This document shows, piece after piece, positions 20,760 to 30,248 of a stretch of DNA of 64,000 bases. The position numbers were made by a program, and so were the translations under genes. This DNA is from Vicinamibacteria bacterium (GTDB taxonomy: Bacteria > Acidobacteriota > Vicinamibacteria > Marinacidobacterales > Marinacidobacteraceae). The DNA lies in NCBI GenBank assembly GCA_963668695.2, contig CAXXLQ010000004.1, positions 1,536,001 to 1,600,000 on the forward strand. Direction: 5' to 3'. Position 1 is the stretch's first letter, and each line of letters starts with the position of its first letter. The notes beneath the pieces are model-generated. The model saw only the letters and a program-made list of their open reading frames with translations, was not told the origin of the DNA and did no database searches.

Positions 20760-21226
20760 CAGCCTGTGGACAAAGTGACGTGAGCACCGAGGCCGGTGAG
20801 GCGCCCGGCTGACAAGGCGCGCGAGGGAGGAGCCCCCACCGGGAGAACTGGCCCGAGTGTATTTCGACCGATGTGCAACGCAGAGCGTCGCGAAGCGGCG
20901 CGGTTCAGCCGGGATGCATCGCCGGTCGCTTCCGGAGCGGGGCGCGAGCACCGCGGAGACCCCGGAGCGGAAGGGACGGGAGGCGGGGCTACCCGACCCC
21001 CATCCCTTCTGGCTCGGGCTTCCGGAGCGGGGCGCGAGCACCGCGGAGACCCCGGAGCGGAAGGGACGGGAGGCGGGGCTACCCGACCCCCATCCCTTCT
21101 GGCTCGGGCTTCCGGAGCGGGGCGCGAGCACCGCGGAGACCCCGGAGCGGAAGGGACGGGAGGCGGGGCTACCCGACCCCCATCCCTTCTGGCTCGGGAA
21201 TGCCGCCTGACTTTGTCCACAGGCTG
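20760..21226. mobile_element. Modular MITE-like element carrying a 3 x 90-bp tandem cargo
   Basis: Perfect 17-bp TIR CAGCCTGTGGACAAAGT / ACTTTGTCCACAGGCTG; right flank CTAG. Confidence 0.8.
20928..21197. repeat. Three identical 90-bp tandem repeats
   Basis: Units start at 20928, 21018 and 21108; each has an internal inverted repeat GAAGGGACGGG...CCCATCCCTTC. Confidence 0.95.
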
Positions 21227-21565
21227 CTAGGTCGGGATCGTCCCCCGAGAGGCGGGCGAAATGCGTATGGCCGACCCGCGTGAAGCGCGGCCGGGTCAGG
21301 GGCCCCCACCGGGAGAAACTGGCGCCGCCTCTGGCCGGCAGCGCGCCGGAGCGCGAAACGAGCGCCGATGCCGCTGCGCCATGCCGACGTCAGGGCCGCA
21401 CTCCCGGGGAGTCCTCAGCTCCGGGGCGCCGCCACGCTGGCGTCGCAGCCGGGACGCGCCCTCGTTCCTCTGCTCGGCGCCCCGGCGAGCCGGTGGCGTC
21501 TCGAACCCGGCGTGGGATGTTCCGGCGATCAGCACCTCAGTCGCAGTGGTGCGGGGTCACACCGC

Positions 21566-22048
21566 TCAGGATCGATCCAACGCACTCATGAACCGTCCAA
21601 ACCGCTCAAGGTCGCGCGTCACCAGCGGATGAGCCTGGCGCAGCTTGCCCACGAGAAAGTCCAGGCGATCCCAGTCATATTCCAACTCGAAGTAGTTACG
21701 CTTGAAGTGGCGGAACTGGAGCAGTTGCAAGAGCGGGGGGAAGGCAGCCTCTGATACCGCCGCCACCCGCACGCCCTTGATCTCCAGAGTCATCTTCTGC
21801 AGCAAGTCCGTGTGCCAGCGGTCGGAGCCGAGACGGTTTTCGAAGTGCTGCGAGATTCGCAGGAGGATCGTCTCCAGGCAGGTGTAGTAGTTCTCCAGCA
21901 GGCCAGCGATGATGAGCGCCGACACCGGCGTCTTGCCGAGCCTGGTGATCTCGTCGGTGAGCGCCCTCTCGAGGGTTCCGTGAACCGCCTCCAGCCGCCG
22001 CCGATGCAATTCGACGAGGGCTGTGAGTTCACGGATCGCTGCGTTCAT
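21566..22048 (-). CDS. HEPN-domain toxin (HepT-like) of an MNT-HEPN pair
   Basis: LENYYTCLE.IL.RI, WHTDLL.KM, FRHFKRNY..EYDWDRL; overlaps the upstream MNT gene. Confidence 0.85.
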   Translation of the reverse strand: MNAAIRELTALVELHRRRLEAVHGTLERALTDEITRLGKTPVSALIIAGLLENYYTCLETILLRISQHFENRLGSDRWHTDLLQKMTLEIKGVRVAAVSEAAFPPLLQLLQFRHFKRNYFELEYDWDRLDFLVGKLRQAHPLVTRDLERFGRFMSALDRS

Positions 22049-22448
22049 GGACCACTGCACCCCGGGCGCGAATGCGCTCGGCGATCTCCGCTGGGACCTT
22101 CTCCAGCTCGATCACGTCGACCGGTAGGGTCGTTCCCTCCATCGCGATGCCGAGTGTCCGAAAGAACTCGGCCGGCCCGTGCAGCCCCTCGATTGCGAAG
22201 TCGATGTCCGAGATTTCACTGAATCGCGACCGATCGAGCAGCGACCCCCACTGGTAGATGCGGCGCGGGTTTACTTGTTCCGCGATTGCCGCGACGATCG
22301 CGCTCGCGTCCCGGGTGGCCTGCTCGAAGCGTGCATCAATCCGCGCACGCCGCCGCCTTTCCTTTTCGGTCTGGAATGCCCGGGCCCGATCGAGATCGAT
22401 GCCGAACTCGTTTGCCACCGCGTGCCAGTATAAGCGGCGGCGGCGCAC
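22029..22448 (-). CDS. Minimal nucleotidyltransferase (MNT) antitoxin
   Basis: RRIYQWGSL...F.EISDIDFAIEG, VDVIELE; start uncertain. Confidence 0.85.
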   Translation of the reverse strand: MRRRRLYWHAVANEFGIDLDRARAFQTEKERRRRARIDARFEQATRDASAIVAAIAEQVNPRRIYQWGSLLDRSRFSEISDIDFAIEGLHGPAEFFRTLGIAMEGTTLPVDVIELEKVPAEIAERIRARGAVVHERSDP

Positions 22449-22513
22449 CCTCCGGACGACCGGTTCCCGGTGGTCCGAAGCGCCGGGGGCGTTCTGTCCG
22501 TCTGCCGAGTGCG

Positions 22514-25500
22514 CTACCGGACCACGTCGGCCAGCTCACGAAACCGGCAGAAGGCGTTGGCGAGCCGCATCTGGTGCGGGGTCTTGCACTCCGGAAAGAA
22601 CAGTTCCGGACTTGCCACCACGACCGCGAGGCAGCGGGCTCGCGACGTCGCCACATTGAGCCGGTTCAGCGAATAGAGGAAGTCCATCCCGCGTGGGGCC
22701 GCCTCGGGAGTGGAGGTCGCCAGCGAATAGAAGACCACTGGAGCCTCCTGTCCCTGGAACTTGTCCACGGTTCCGACTCGGGCTCGGCCGTCGAGTGCAC
22801 GAGTGAGGAGGTTGACCTGGGCGTTGTAGGGAGCGACGATCAGGATGTCCTTGGGGGTGATCCTGTGGCTCACGCCGTCGGCGCCGGTCCAGGAGCCGGC
22901 ATCGAGCAGGCCGTCGACGAGAGACGCGATGCGGTCGGCCTCCTCCGGCGACTCCCGCTGGTTGCCCTCGTGATCGACGGGGACGAACCGAAGGCCGGCC
23001 CCGGGCAGGGGGCCGCCCCGGACCGCCTGGCGTTCCAGGCCCGGCCGGACCTGCAAGCGATCCTCGTAGAACTGTTCCGAGGTGAACCGGCAGATCTCCG
23101 GATGCATCCGCCAGGTCTGCCCGAGGAAGAGACCGCGGTCTGGCGGGATCGTTTTCTCCCCGCCGAGGAGGTGGCCGAGCGCCGAGGCGGCCGAGCCCTC
23201 CGGGTGCACCCCTTGCGTCACCTGGTCGAGCTGCCGTGGGTCGCCGAGCAGCACCAGGCTCTTCGTGGACTGAGCCGAGGCAAGCGTATTGGCGAGCGAG
23301 AACTGTCCCGCCTCGTCCACCACCAGCACGTCCACGGAGCCCTGCATTCCCTGTCGGGCCCAGACCCAGGCGGTCCCGGCGATCAGGCGGACTTCGAGGT
23401 CAGCGGCAGCGGTTACGGCATTGGCGGAGCCGGTCTCTACCTGGACCCGGGCGTCCCTGCAACCCTCATACGGCGTGATCTGGGTTCCCCGGAACTCGAC
23501 GCCCTCTTGGTCCGCCGCCGAACAGACGTGATCCAGCAGGTTGGTGATGACCTGGTGGCTCTGGGCGGTCACCCCCACCCGCCGCCCGGCGGCCAGTAGC
23601 GCGGTGATGATCCGGGCGCCGGTGTACGTTTTTCCGCTCCCCGGAGGCCCCTGAATCGGCAGCACCGACCGGTCGAGGCCGAGCGCGAGGCGCCGGGCGG
23701 CGGGGAGGAGGTCCTCCCCGGGCCGAACCAGCGGCGCCCCGGACGAGCCGGAACGGGGCCGGACCCGCCGGAGCAGATCGAAAGCGGCCCGCCGCGTACT
23801 CCCTTCCGCAAATCCCTCTTCGGCCACCCGCTCGCCGAGCCGGAAGAGCGAATCACGCAGCGCCTGAGCGCCCAGAATGCCGAGAGGGACCAGCGCCAGC
23901 GGATGGGGCCGCCGCGCGATCTGCGGGCCGCGTTTCAGGATGAGAGCGCCGCTCCGGACCTCCACCACGGTTCCCGGCGACTCTTTCGTCGCGGGGTCAC
24001 GGACGTCTTGTCCGACCTCGATCCCGTGTTCCTGCGGCGGAAACCGGTAGCGACAGAGCGTGGATCGCTTTTCCTTGCCCACCTCTCCCTCGAACTCGAG
24101 ACCGCCCAGTGTCGTCCGCTCCTCGACCAATTCCTGGGCGTCCAGCCCCAAGAGGTGGAAGTACTCCCACCACTGGGATTTGTCTTCCCGCCGGTAGTAG
24201 TCGAGGAGATATCCGAGCAGACGACGTGCCGGGGCTTCCTCCTCCGCACCTTCGGCGAGCAGCCGTTCGACAAGTTCGGAGACTCGCAGAGCGGCCTCCA
24301 TCTGGGCCTGCTCCTTCTCCGGAGGGATTTCGACTACCGGTCGATCCACGGGGCCGATGTGGTCGGTCAGATCCCGACGCTGCTCTTCGAGCCAGCCATG
24401 GAGGACGAGGGTGGACAGACAGTCTTCGCGGTTGTAGCGCCGGATGACTTCCAGATCGGCCGGTTCCCCGGCGCCGCCGGAATCCAGCGCGGCGTCCATC
24501 CTGGCGCGCGCCCGGATCGCCTCGACGAGATCCTGTTCCCGGACGAACCCGTAGAAGGGTTCCATCTCCTTGATGGAGTAGCTCTCCACCGATGCGACGA
24601 CCCCCTGGCGAACGACCTGCAGCAAATCAACGAAGACCTGACGGCGGAGGAGGCCGTCCATCGTGTCCTCGCGGGTGGCGTAGCGGCTCATCAGCCGCTT
24701 CAGCGCACCGGTCTCGTAGCCGCCGTAGTGGTAGATGTGGAGTTCGGGAAAACGCTCGATCCGCTCCTCCACCATGTCCATGAAGTCTTCGAACGTGCGG
24801 CGCTCGCGGTCGCGGTCGAAAGCCCAGTGGTCGTCGTAGCGGCCGTCGCGATTCACGAAACCGAACAGGTACTCAAGCGCGTGGTCTGCGCCCGGCCGGG
24901 AGCTCTCAATGTCGAAGAACAGGTCCCCGCCGGAGGGCTCGGGAAGCGCCAATAGGCCGCGTCCAGCTTCTGGCGGGTCGGTCAGGTCGTGGAATGGCCG
25001 CCCCTGTTCACGCCCGGTGAGCTGCGCTTTCGCCTGGCGATGGATGCGCTCGAGTGAAGCCGCCTGAACTCCGGCGAGCGGCGGGTCCATCGGCAGGGGT
25101 AGCCGCGCAAGGCCCGCGAGCGTTCTGATGCCGCGTCTTTCGAGCCGTTCGCGCTGGTGGCGCGTCGCACCAGCGACGAGGGAGAGGTGATCATCCTCGT
25201 GCCGCCGGTCCTTGCAGACGTGGTTCCAGTCGCAGCGCGGGCAAAGCTCCACCGGTTCCGGATAGGGTTCCGCGGGCTCGGTGCAGTGCTCCTCGAACCG
25301 TTTTCTGAGCGCCCGCTCGAACGCCGCGAAGTCCGGGACGCGAAAGCGCTCGACCTCGCCGTCCCCCAGCGCGAGAACCATCGCTTCCGGCGCCGCGCCC
25401 TGAGCCTGCTCGAGAAGTCGGGAATAGACGGCGATCTGGAGCACCGCATCCGCCTTCGCCGCCGCGGCCAGCTTGGCGTCCACTACCTCGTAGGACCAAT

Positions 25501-25879
25501 CCCCGAGGTCGCTGCGGCCTGGAACCCGCACCAGGAAGTCGGGGTAGCCGCTCCAGCTTCCGTTGCCGAGTCGCCCTTGGTAGATGACCTCCACCCCGCG
25601 CCTCATCGCGGTGAGTGTTCGTTCCCCTCGCGGGGCGAAACCCCCGCCAGAATCGATGGTTTCGACCGTGCGGCCCTCGGCCCGATACCGCTCGAGGATG
25701 GCTCCTTCGTGTACCCGTCCGGCTTCGGCGAGTGCCTCCCGCCGGGGGTCCTCAAAGACGTGGGGCGGGGAGAGCTCGCCGAGGGCGACGCCCCGGGAGA
25801 GAGTCGTCAGGCGCCGGCAGGCGAGAAACCGGCTGAGATCCGTGGGGGCAAAGAAGAGCTGCCCGTTTCTTTGGTGCAT
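22514..25879 (-). CDS. TM0106-family RecB-like nuclease fused to an RNase H-like domain and SF1 (UPF1-like) helicase
   Basis: PTDLSRFLAC, GYPDFL..YEVVDAK...Q..Y, FFDIES, YSIKEME, IQGPPGSGKT, VDEAGQ, GDPRQL, GTVDKFQGQE, NRLNVATSRA. Confidence 0.92.
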   Translation of the reverse strand: MHQRNGQLFFAPTDLSRFLACRRLTTLSRGVALGELSPPHVFEDPRREALAEAGRVHEGAILERYRAEGRTVETIDSGGGFAPRGERTLTAMRRGVEVIYQGRLGNGSWSGYPDFLVRVPGRSDLGDWSYEVVDAKLAAAAKADAVLQIAVYSRLLEQAQGAAPEAMVLALGDGEVERFRVPDFAAFERALRKRFEEHCTEPAEPYPEPVELCPRCDWNHVCKDRRHEDDHLSLVAGATRHQRERLERRGIRTLAGLARLPLPMDPPLAGVQAASLERIHRQAKAQLTGREQGRPFHDLTDPPEAGRGLLALPEPSGGDLFFDIESSRPGADHALEYLFGFVNRDGRYDDHWAFDRDRERRTFEDFMDMVEERIERFPELHIYHYGGYETGALKRLMSRYATREDTMDGLLRRQVFVDLLQVVRQGVVASVESYSIKEMEPFYGFVREQDLVEAIRARARMDAALDSGGAGEPADLEVIRRYNREDCLSTLVLHGWLEEQRRDLTDHIGPVDRPVVEIPPEKEQAQMEAALRVSELVERLLAEGAEEEAPARRLLGYLLDYYRREDKSQWWEYFHLLGLDAQELVEERTTLGGLEFEGEVGKEKRSTLCRYRFPPQEHGIEVGQDVRDPATKESPGTVVEVRSGALILKRGPQIARRPHPLALVPLGILGAQALRDSLFRLGERVAEEGFAEGSTRRAAFDLLRRVRPRSGSSGAPLVRPGEDLLPAARRLALGLDRSVLPIQGPPGSGKTYTGARIITALLAAGRRVGVTAQSHQVITNLLDHVCSAADQEGVEFRGTQITPYEGCRDARVQVETGSANAVTAAADLEVRLIAGTAWVWARQGMQGSVDVLVVDEAGQFSLANTLASAQSTKSLVLLGDPRQLDQVTQGVHPEGSAASALGHLLGGEKTIPPDRGLFLGQTWRMHPEICRFTSEQFYEDRLQVRPGLERQAVRGGPLPGAGLRFVPVDHEGNQRESPEEADRIASLVDGLLDAGSWTGADGVSHRITPKDILIVAPYNAQVNLLTRALDGRARVGTVDKFQGQEAPVVFYSLATSTPEAAPRGMDFLYSLNRLNVATSRARCLAVVVASPELFFPECKTPHQMRLANAFCRFRELADVVR

Positions 25880-26032
25880 CGGCGGGCGAAGTCTATGGAT
25901 TGGCCAGCAAGGACGGGGCTGGCTATGGACCGACGCGGTCCGGGTGGGCATCTCGTGCCGGAGACCGCGGAAACCGCACGACTCCTCCGGATGGCTGTGG
26001 GTTCCGACCAGCCCGCCCCGGCAGAGCGGACC

Positions 26033-27298
26033 TCACGACCGGTCCAAGGTCCCCGGCGCCTCCCACAGCCGGCGGATCGGCACCGCGTACAGCCGCTCAC
26101 CGAACCGGGCGCTGGTTTCCCCGTCGAAGAGCACCACTCCGGCCGCGAATCGATCCCCGGTGGCATTCGCCAGTTTGCGTAGTCCCCGAAAGTCGCGACC
26201 CCTTACGGTGGAGGATGCCTTGACCTCCAATCCGGCGACGGCTCCGCCGGCTCGCTCGATCACCAGATCCACCTCGACACCGTCACGGTTGCGGAAATGG
26301 AAGAAAGTCGTCGCGGCGTCACTCCAGTCCGCCTGCCGTCTCAACTCCTGGAACACGAAGGTCTCCAGTAGTTGGCCCAGCAGCGTTCGGTTCCGGGCCA
26401 GTTCCTCGGCATTCGCGCCCAGCAGGGCGCACGCCAGACCGGTGTCGCCGAAGTGGAGTTTCGATGTCTTGATCAGACGGCTCACGCGATTGCTCCGCCA
26501 AGCGGGCAGGCGTTCCAGAAGGAACATCCGTTCGAGGAGAGTCAGGTAGCTGCGGATCGTGGGGCGCGTGAGCTGAAAGGGCGAGGCCAAATCGTTCACG
26601 TTGAAGAGCCCGGCGGTTTGGGCGGCCGAGACGCCGAGCAGGCGGGGCAGGGCTTCGAGGGCTCCGATCCGGGCTAGGTCCCGCACGTCGCGCTCGACCA
26701 GCGATGTTGCGTAATCGCGCAGCCAACGGGCGCAGCGCCGCTCCGTCGGCAGCGCGAGCGCCGCCGGATATCCCCCGGCGACGATCTGTTCGGCCAGTTG
26801 CTTTCCAAGTCTCTCACTTGGCGCCATCGGAAAACCGTCGCCGAAGACGGTGTCCAGGAAGTCGGGAATCCGGCCCGCGAGTTCTGCCTGCGACAGCGGA
26901 TGGAGCCGCACGATCTGCAGGCGACCCGCCAACGAGTCGGACAATCGCGGGAGGAGCAGCACCTGGGTCGAGCCCGCCATCAGGAAGCGCCCCGGGGAGC
27001 GCCTCCGGTCAATCTCGGTCTTCAGGGCCCGGAACAGCGAAGGGGTGCGCTGCACTTCGTCCAGAATGACGCGTTCGGGTAAATCGGCGGCAAAGCCGAT
27101 CGGATCCGCCTCGGCGGCGTCCCGCAGGGTGTCGTCATCCAGATTGACGTAGGCGTATCCGCGGCCTTGCCCGAACCGGCGCGCGAGGGTGGTTTTCCCG
27201 GATTGGCGGGGACCGTGGATCAGGACGGCCGGCGAGTCTTCGAGCGCTTCCGCGAGACGCGGCTCGACGAAGCGGGGGTACATGGTGTCCCGAGCCAT
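26033..27298 (-). CDS. ATP-binding protein, AAA_14 + DUF4143 family (start may be ATG 27283)
   Basis: GPRQSGKTT, ILDEVQR, GGYP, KLHFGDTGL, EVDLVIE...LEVK. Confidence 0.92.
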   Translation of the reverse strand: MARDTMYPRFVEPRLAEALEDSPAVLIHGPRQSGKTTLARRFGQGRGYAYVNLDDDTLRDAAEADPIGFAADLPERVILDEVQRTPSLFRALKTEIDRRRSPGRFLMAGSTQVLLLPRLSDSLAGRLQIVRLHPLSQAELAGRIPDFLDTVFGDGFPMAPSERLGKQLAEQIVAGGYPAALALPTERRCARWLRDYATSLVERDVRDLARIGALEALPRLLGVSAAQTAGLFNVNDLASPFQLTRPTIRSYLTLLERMFLLERLPAWRSNRVSRLIKTSKLHFGDTGLACALLGANAEELARNRTLLGQLLETFVFQELRRQADWSDAATTFFHFRNRDGVEVDLVIERAGGAVAGLEVKASSTVRGRDFRGLRKLANATGDRFAAGVVLFDGETSARFGERLYAVPIRRLWEAPGTLDRS

Positions 27299-27380
27299 CG
27301 GCAGATTGTAAAGTTATCTTCGCCAAAATGAAAACTCAGTGTTCGGCAGAATGAAAACATCAATCCGTCCAAACGAAAAT
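27297..27380 (-). promoter_or_regulatory. Four imperfect direct repeats (TTCGGCAGAATGAAAAC-like on +) with 22-23-bp period upstream of the AAA-DUF4143 gene
   Basis: Copies at 27297, 27319, 27342 and 27364 in an AT-rich patch. Confidence 0.55.
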
Positions 27381-27546
27381 GAAACAACTGCCAAAGGAGG
27401 GACCGCCGACCTCCAGGTCGGCATCGCAGCCCGGGAGGGCTGCGAAACGCGCAATGCCAATTCCGGAGGGCCGCGAAACGGGGAGCGCCGCCTCCCTTCG
27501 GTGATATAACGCCGAATCGGCCCATCCCTCGTTCCAAGGAGGCGTC

Positions 27547-29496
27547 ATGGCGAACTCATCCGGCAGTTCCCGCGAGTTCACGCTCCGGGCTGTTCTCCTC
27601 GGCCTGTTCATGGCCGTGGTGCTAGGGGCGGCGAACGCCTATCTCGGCATCCGCGCCGGCCAGACGGTCGCCGCGACCTTCCCGGCCGCGGTGGTCTCCA
27701 TGGTCGTTATCCGGGGGCTCTTCAAGGGGGGCACCCTCCTCGAAGAGAACATCGCCCGGACCACCGCCTCGGTGGGAGAGGCGCTGGCCGCCGGGGCCAT
27801 CTTCACGCTTCCGGCGTTCCTGATGGCGGGGGCGTGGGAGGAGTTCCACTACCTCGAGAGCACCCTGCTGATGCTGGTCGGCGGGCTGCTCGGCATCCTC
27901 TTCGTCGTCATCCTCCGGCGGAGCATGGTCAACGACCCCGAGCTGCCGTTCCCCGAGTCGGTCGCCGCCGCCGAGATCCACCGCGCCGGCAAGGGAGCGA
28001 GCGGCGGGCGGCTGCTCTTCCAGATGATGGGGGTCGGCGCCCTGATCGAGGTGTTCAAGAACTCGAAGGGGATCCAGCTCTTCACCGACCGGATCGCCGG
28101 GGCCTTCGGCTACGGCACCTTCCAGGGGTCGGTCTCGGTCGGCGGCCAGTCCTTCGGTGCCGCGGCGCAGCCCGGAGTGCTCCCCTTTTCCACTCCGTCG
28201 GCTTCGCCCGCCTACCTGGGCGTGGGCTACATCATCGGCTTCCGGCTGGCGGCGCTCACCTTCTCGGGAGGGGTCTTCGCCTGGTGGTTCATGATCCCGG
28301 CGGTCCTCTTCTTCAATCCCGAGTTCGCAGATGCGAACCGGTTGGCGGCGGCGGGAGCCGATTGGAGCGCGGTCAGCAGCGTCATCTGGGCGGAGCTCGT
28401 GCGGCCGATCGCGGTGGGGGCGATGATCGCCGGTGCGGTCTGGACCCTGCTCCGGATGCGGAAGTCGCTCGGCGAGGGGCTCCGCCGCTCCTTCGTCGAA
28501 ATCCGGACCGGCCACCCGGCCGGCTCGGGCGATGAGAAGGACCGCGACATTCCCTTCAGTTGGACCACCGCGGGCGTGGTCGCCCTCGTCATCCCGACCT
28601 TCTTCCTCTACAACTACTACACGGGCCAGGCGCTCGGAGCGCTCGGCTCCGCGATCGTGATGATCATCGCCGGGTTCTTCTTCTCGGCGGTCGCCGGCTA
28701 TCTGGTCGGCGTGATCGGGAGTTCCTCGAACCCGGTCTCCGGCCTGACCATCTCGACGCTGCTGCTGGCCGCCTTGTTGATGACCTTCCTCGGCGTCACC
28801 GGCATGCAGGGGGTGACGGCGGTGCTCGGGGTGGCCGCGGTGGTCTGCTGCGCCTGCGCGGTCGCCGGGGACATGCTCCAGGATCTCAAAGTGGGTCAGA
28901 TCCTCGGGGGCACCCCGTTCCGCATGGAATGGGCCGAGATCATCGGGGTGATCTTCGCCTCGTTCTTCCTCGTCCTCCCCATGATGCTCCTCCACCAGGG
29001 AGACATCGCGTCGGGCGGAATCGGGATTGGAGGCGAAGAGCTGCCCGCGCCCCAGGCGGGCCTGATGGCGCTCCTGTCCCAGGGCATCGTGGGCGGCGAC
29101 ATGCGCTGGCCGCTCGTGGTCTTCGGGATCGCGCTCTGTTTCTTCCTGATCCTGATTCAGGCGCCCTCCCCGATGCTCATCGCGGTGGGGATGTACCTGC
29201 CTCTCCAAACCACCTTCGCCATCTTCGTGGGTGGCTTCTTCCGCTGGGTGACCGATCAGCGGATGGCGTCGCTGCCGGCGGAACGGCGGTCCCTTGGGGA
29301 GAGTGCCGGGACGCTGATCGCGTCCGGACTCATCGCCGGGGAGGCGCTGATGGGGGTGGCGCTAGCCGGATTCGCGGTATGGGACTTCCAGCTTCCGGTG
29401 CTGGTGCCCGCGCCGTCCGGGGTGCCGGGATTCCTGGTGTTCGTGGTTCTCGGCTGGTTCCTGATCCGGATTCCGCTGCGCCACGCCCGGGGGTAG
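27547..29496 (+). CDS. OPT family oligopeptide transporter
   Basis: EFTLRA, ANAYLG, EENIART.AS.GE, LPFPES, GSSSNPVSG, QDLKVG.ILG.TP, LPAPQA, ASGLIAGE. Confidence 0.95.
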   Translation: MANSSGSSREFTLRAVLLGLFMAVVLGAANAYLGIRAGQTVAATFPAAVVSMVVIRGLFKGGTLLEENIARTTASVGEALAAGAIFTLPAFLMAGAWEEFHYLESTLLMLVGGLLGILFVVILRRSMVNDPELPFPESVAAAEIHRAGKGASGGRLLFQMMGVGALIEVFKNSKGIQLFTDRIAGAFGYGTFQGSVSVGGQSFGAAAQPGVLPFSTPSASPAYLGVGYIIGFRLAALTFSGGVFAWWFMIPAVLFFNPEFADANRLAAAGADWSAVSSVIWAELVRPIAVGAMIAGAVWTLLRMRKSLGEGLRRSFVEIRTGHPAGSGDEKDRDIPFSWTTAGVVALVIPTFFLYNYYTGQALGALGSAIVMIIAGFFFSAVAGYLVGVIGSSSNPVSGLTISTLLLAALLMTFLGVTGMQGVTAVLGVAAVVCCACAVAGDMLQDLKVGQILGGTPFRMEWAEIIGVIFASFFLVLPMMLLHQGDIASGGIGIGGEELPAPQAGLMALLSQGIVGGDMRWPLVVFGIALCFFLILIQAPSPMLIAVGMYLPLQTTFAIFVGGFFRWVTDQRMASLPAERRSLGESAGTLIASGLIAGEALMGVALAGFAVWDFQLPVLVPAPSGVPGFLVFVVLGWFLIRIPLRHARG

Positions 29497-29651
29497 AGCA
29501 ACAGTGGCCAAGGCCCCAAGGGCATGATCTGACGCGACGATCGGAACCCAAGAGTAGTGTCCGTTGCCAGGGTCCGTTGTGTGCCCCTGACCTTCATCTC
29601 AGGGCGATAGCGGTATCGCCTCCATCTCCAGCACAAAGGGAACAAGACCAA

Positions 29652-29870
29652 ATGAAAGTAAGTATCAAACAGTTCAATGTAGAAATGGATGTCAAGACAA
29701 AGGGGATCGAATTCGAGGTAAGAACCCCAAAAGGGGAGCACTTGGGGGATTTGGTGCTGACCAAGACCCGATTGGAGTGGCACACCGGGAAGGCACAGAG
29801 CGGCCCTCAAGTTGACTGGAAAGACTTCATTGGATGGATGGAACAAGCTGACGCGGAATCCAAGAAGTGA
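29652..29870 (+). CDS. Small hypothetical protein (72 aa), AT-rich relative to its flanks
   Basis: MKVSIKQFNVEMDVKTKGIEFEV...GDLVLTKT.LEW..G....VDWKDFIGWM; purine-rich upstream sequence. Confidence 0.65.
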   Translation: MKVSIKQFNVEMDVKTKGIEFEVRTPKGEHLGDLVLTKTRLEWHTGKAQSGPQVDWKDFIGWMEQADAESKK

Positions 29871-29981
29871 GTAGCGCGGCACGCGTCCCGGGCGGATGGG
29901 CCTTGCGGTCGGGTTACAAGGGGGCCGGAACGCGGCGCGACCCGCCGCCGATTGTGGACTCCCGGCGGCGGTACGCACCAC

Positions 29982-30096
29982 GATTGCCGCGATGCGGCGG
30001 GCGGTGTCCGTGAAGCGTTGGAGCTCTTCGGGGTCGATGGGCCGTTTGAGGACCGAACTCCCGCGATAGGAGAGCCACTTCTTTAGGACCTGGTAG
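29982..30096 (-). pseudogene. Isolated diverged copy of the 3' end of the type ISP-like R-M gene
   Basis: Translates to YQVLKKWLSYRGSSVLKRPIDPEELQRFTDTARRIAAI; collinear with 33276-33390. Confidence 0.85.
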
Positions 30097-30248
30097 TCAC
30101 GTTTGTCCTCGATGGGATTGGCTCACGGTTCCGATTCCCATACGGTACGCGCCCGACCAGATGAGAACCGTGTCCCCGACGACAAATCGCGCCGTTCCTC
30201 CCGCGCTTACCCACATTCGGACATGGGTCGGTCGCCCGTGAAACTACT

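Noticed and set aside
20928-21197. Mini-CRISPR
   Set aside because: Units are identical with no spacers
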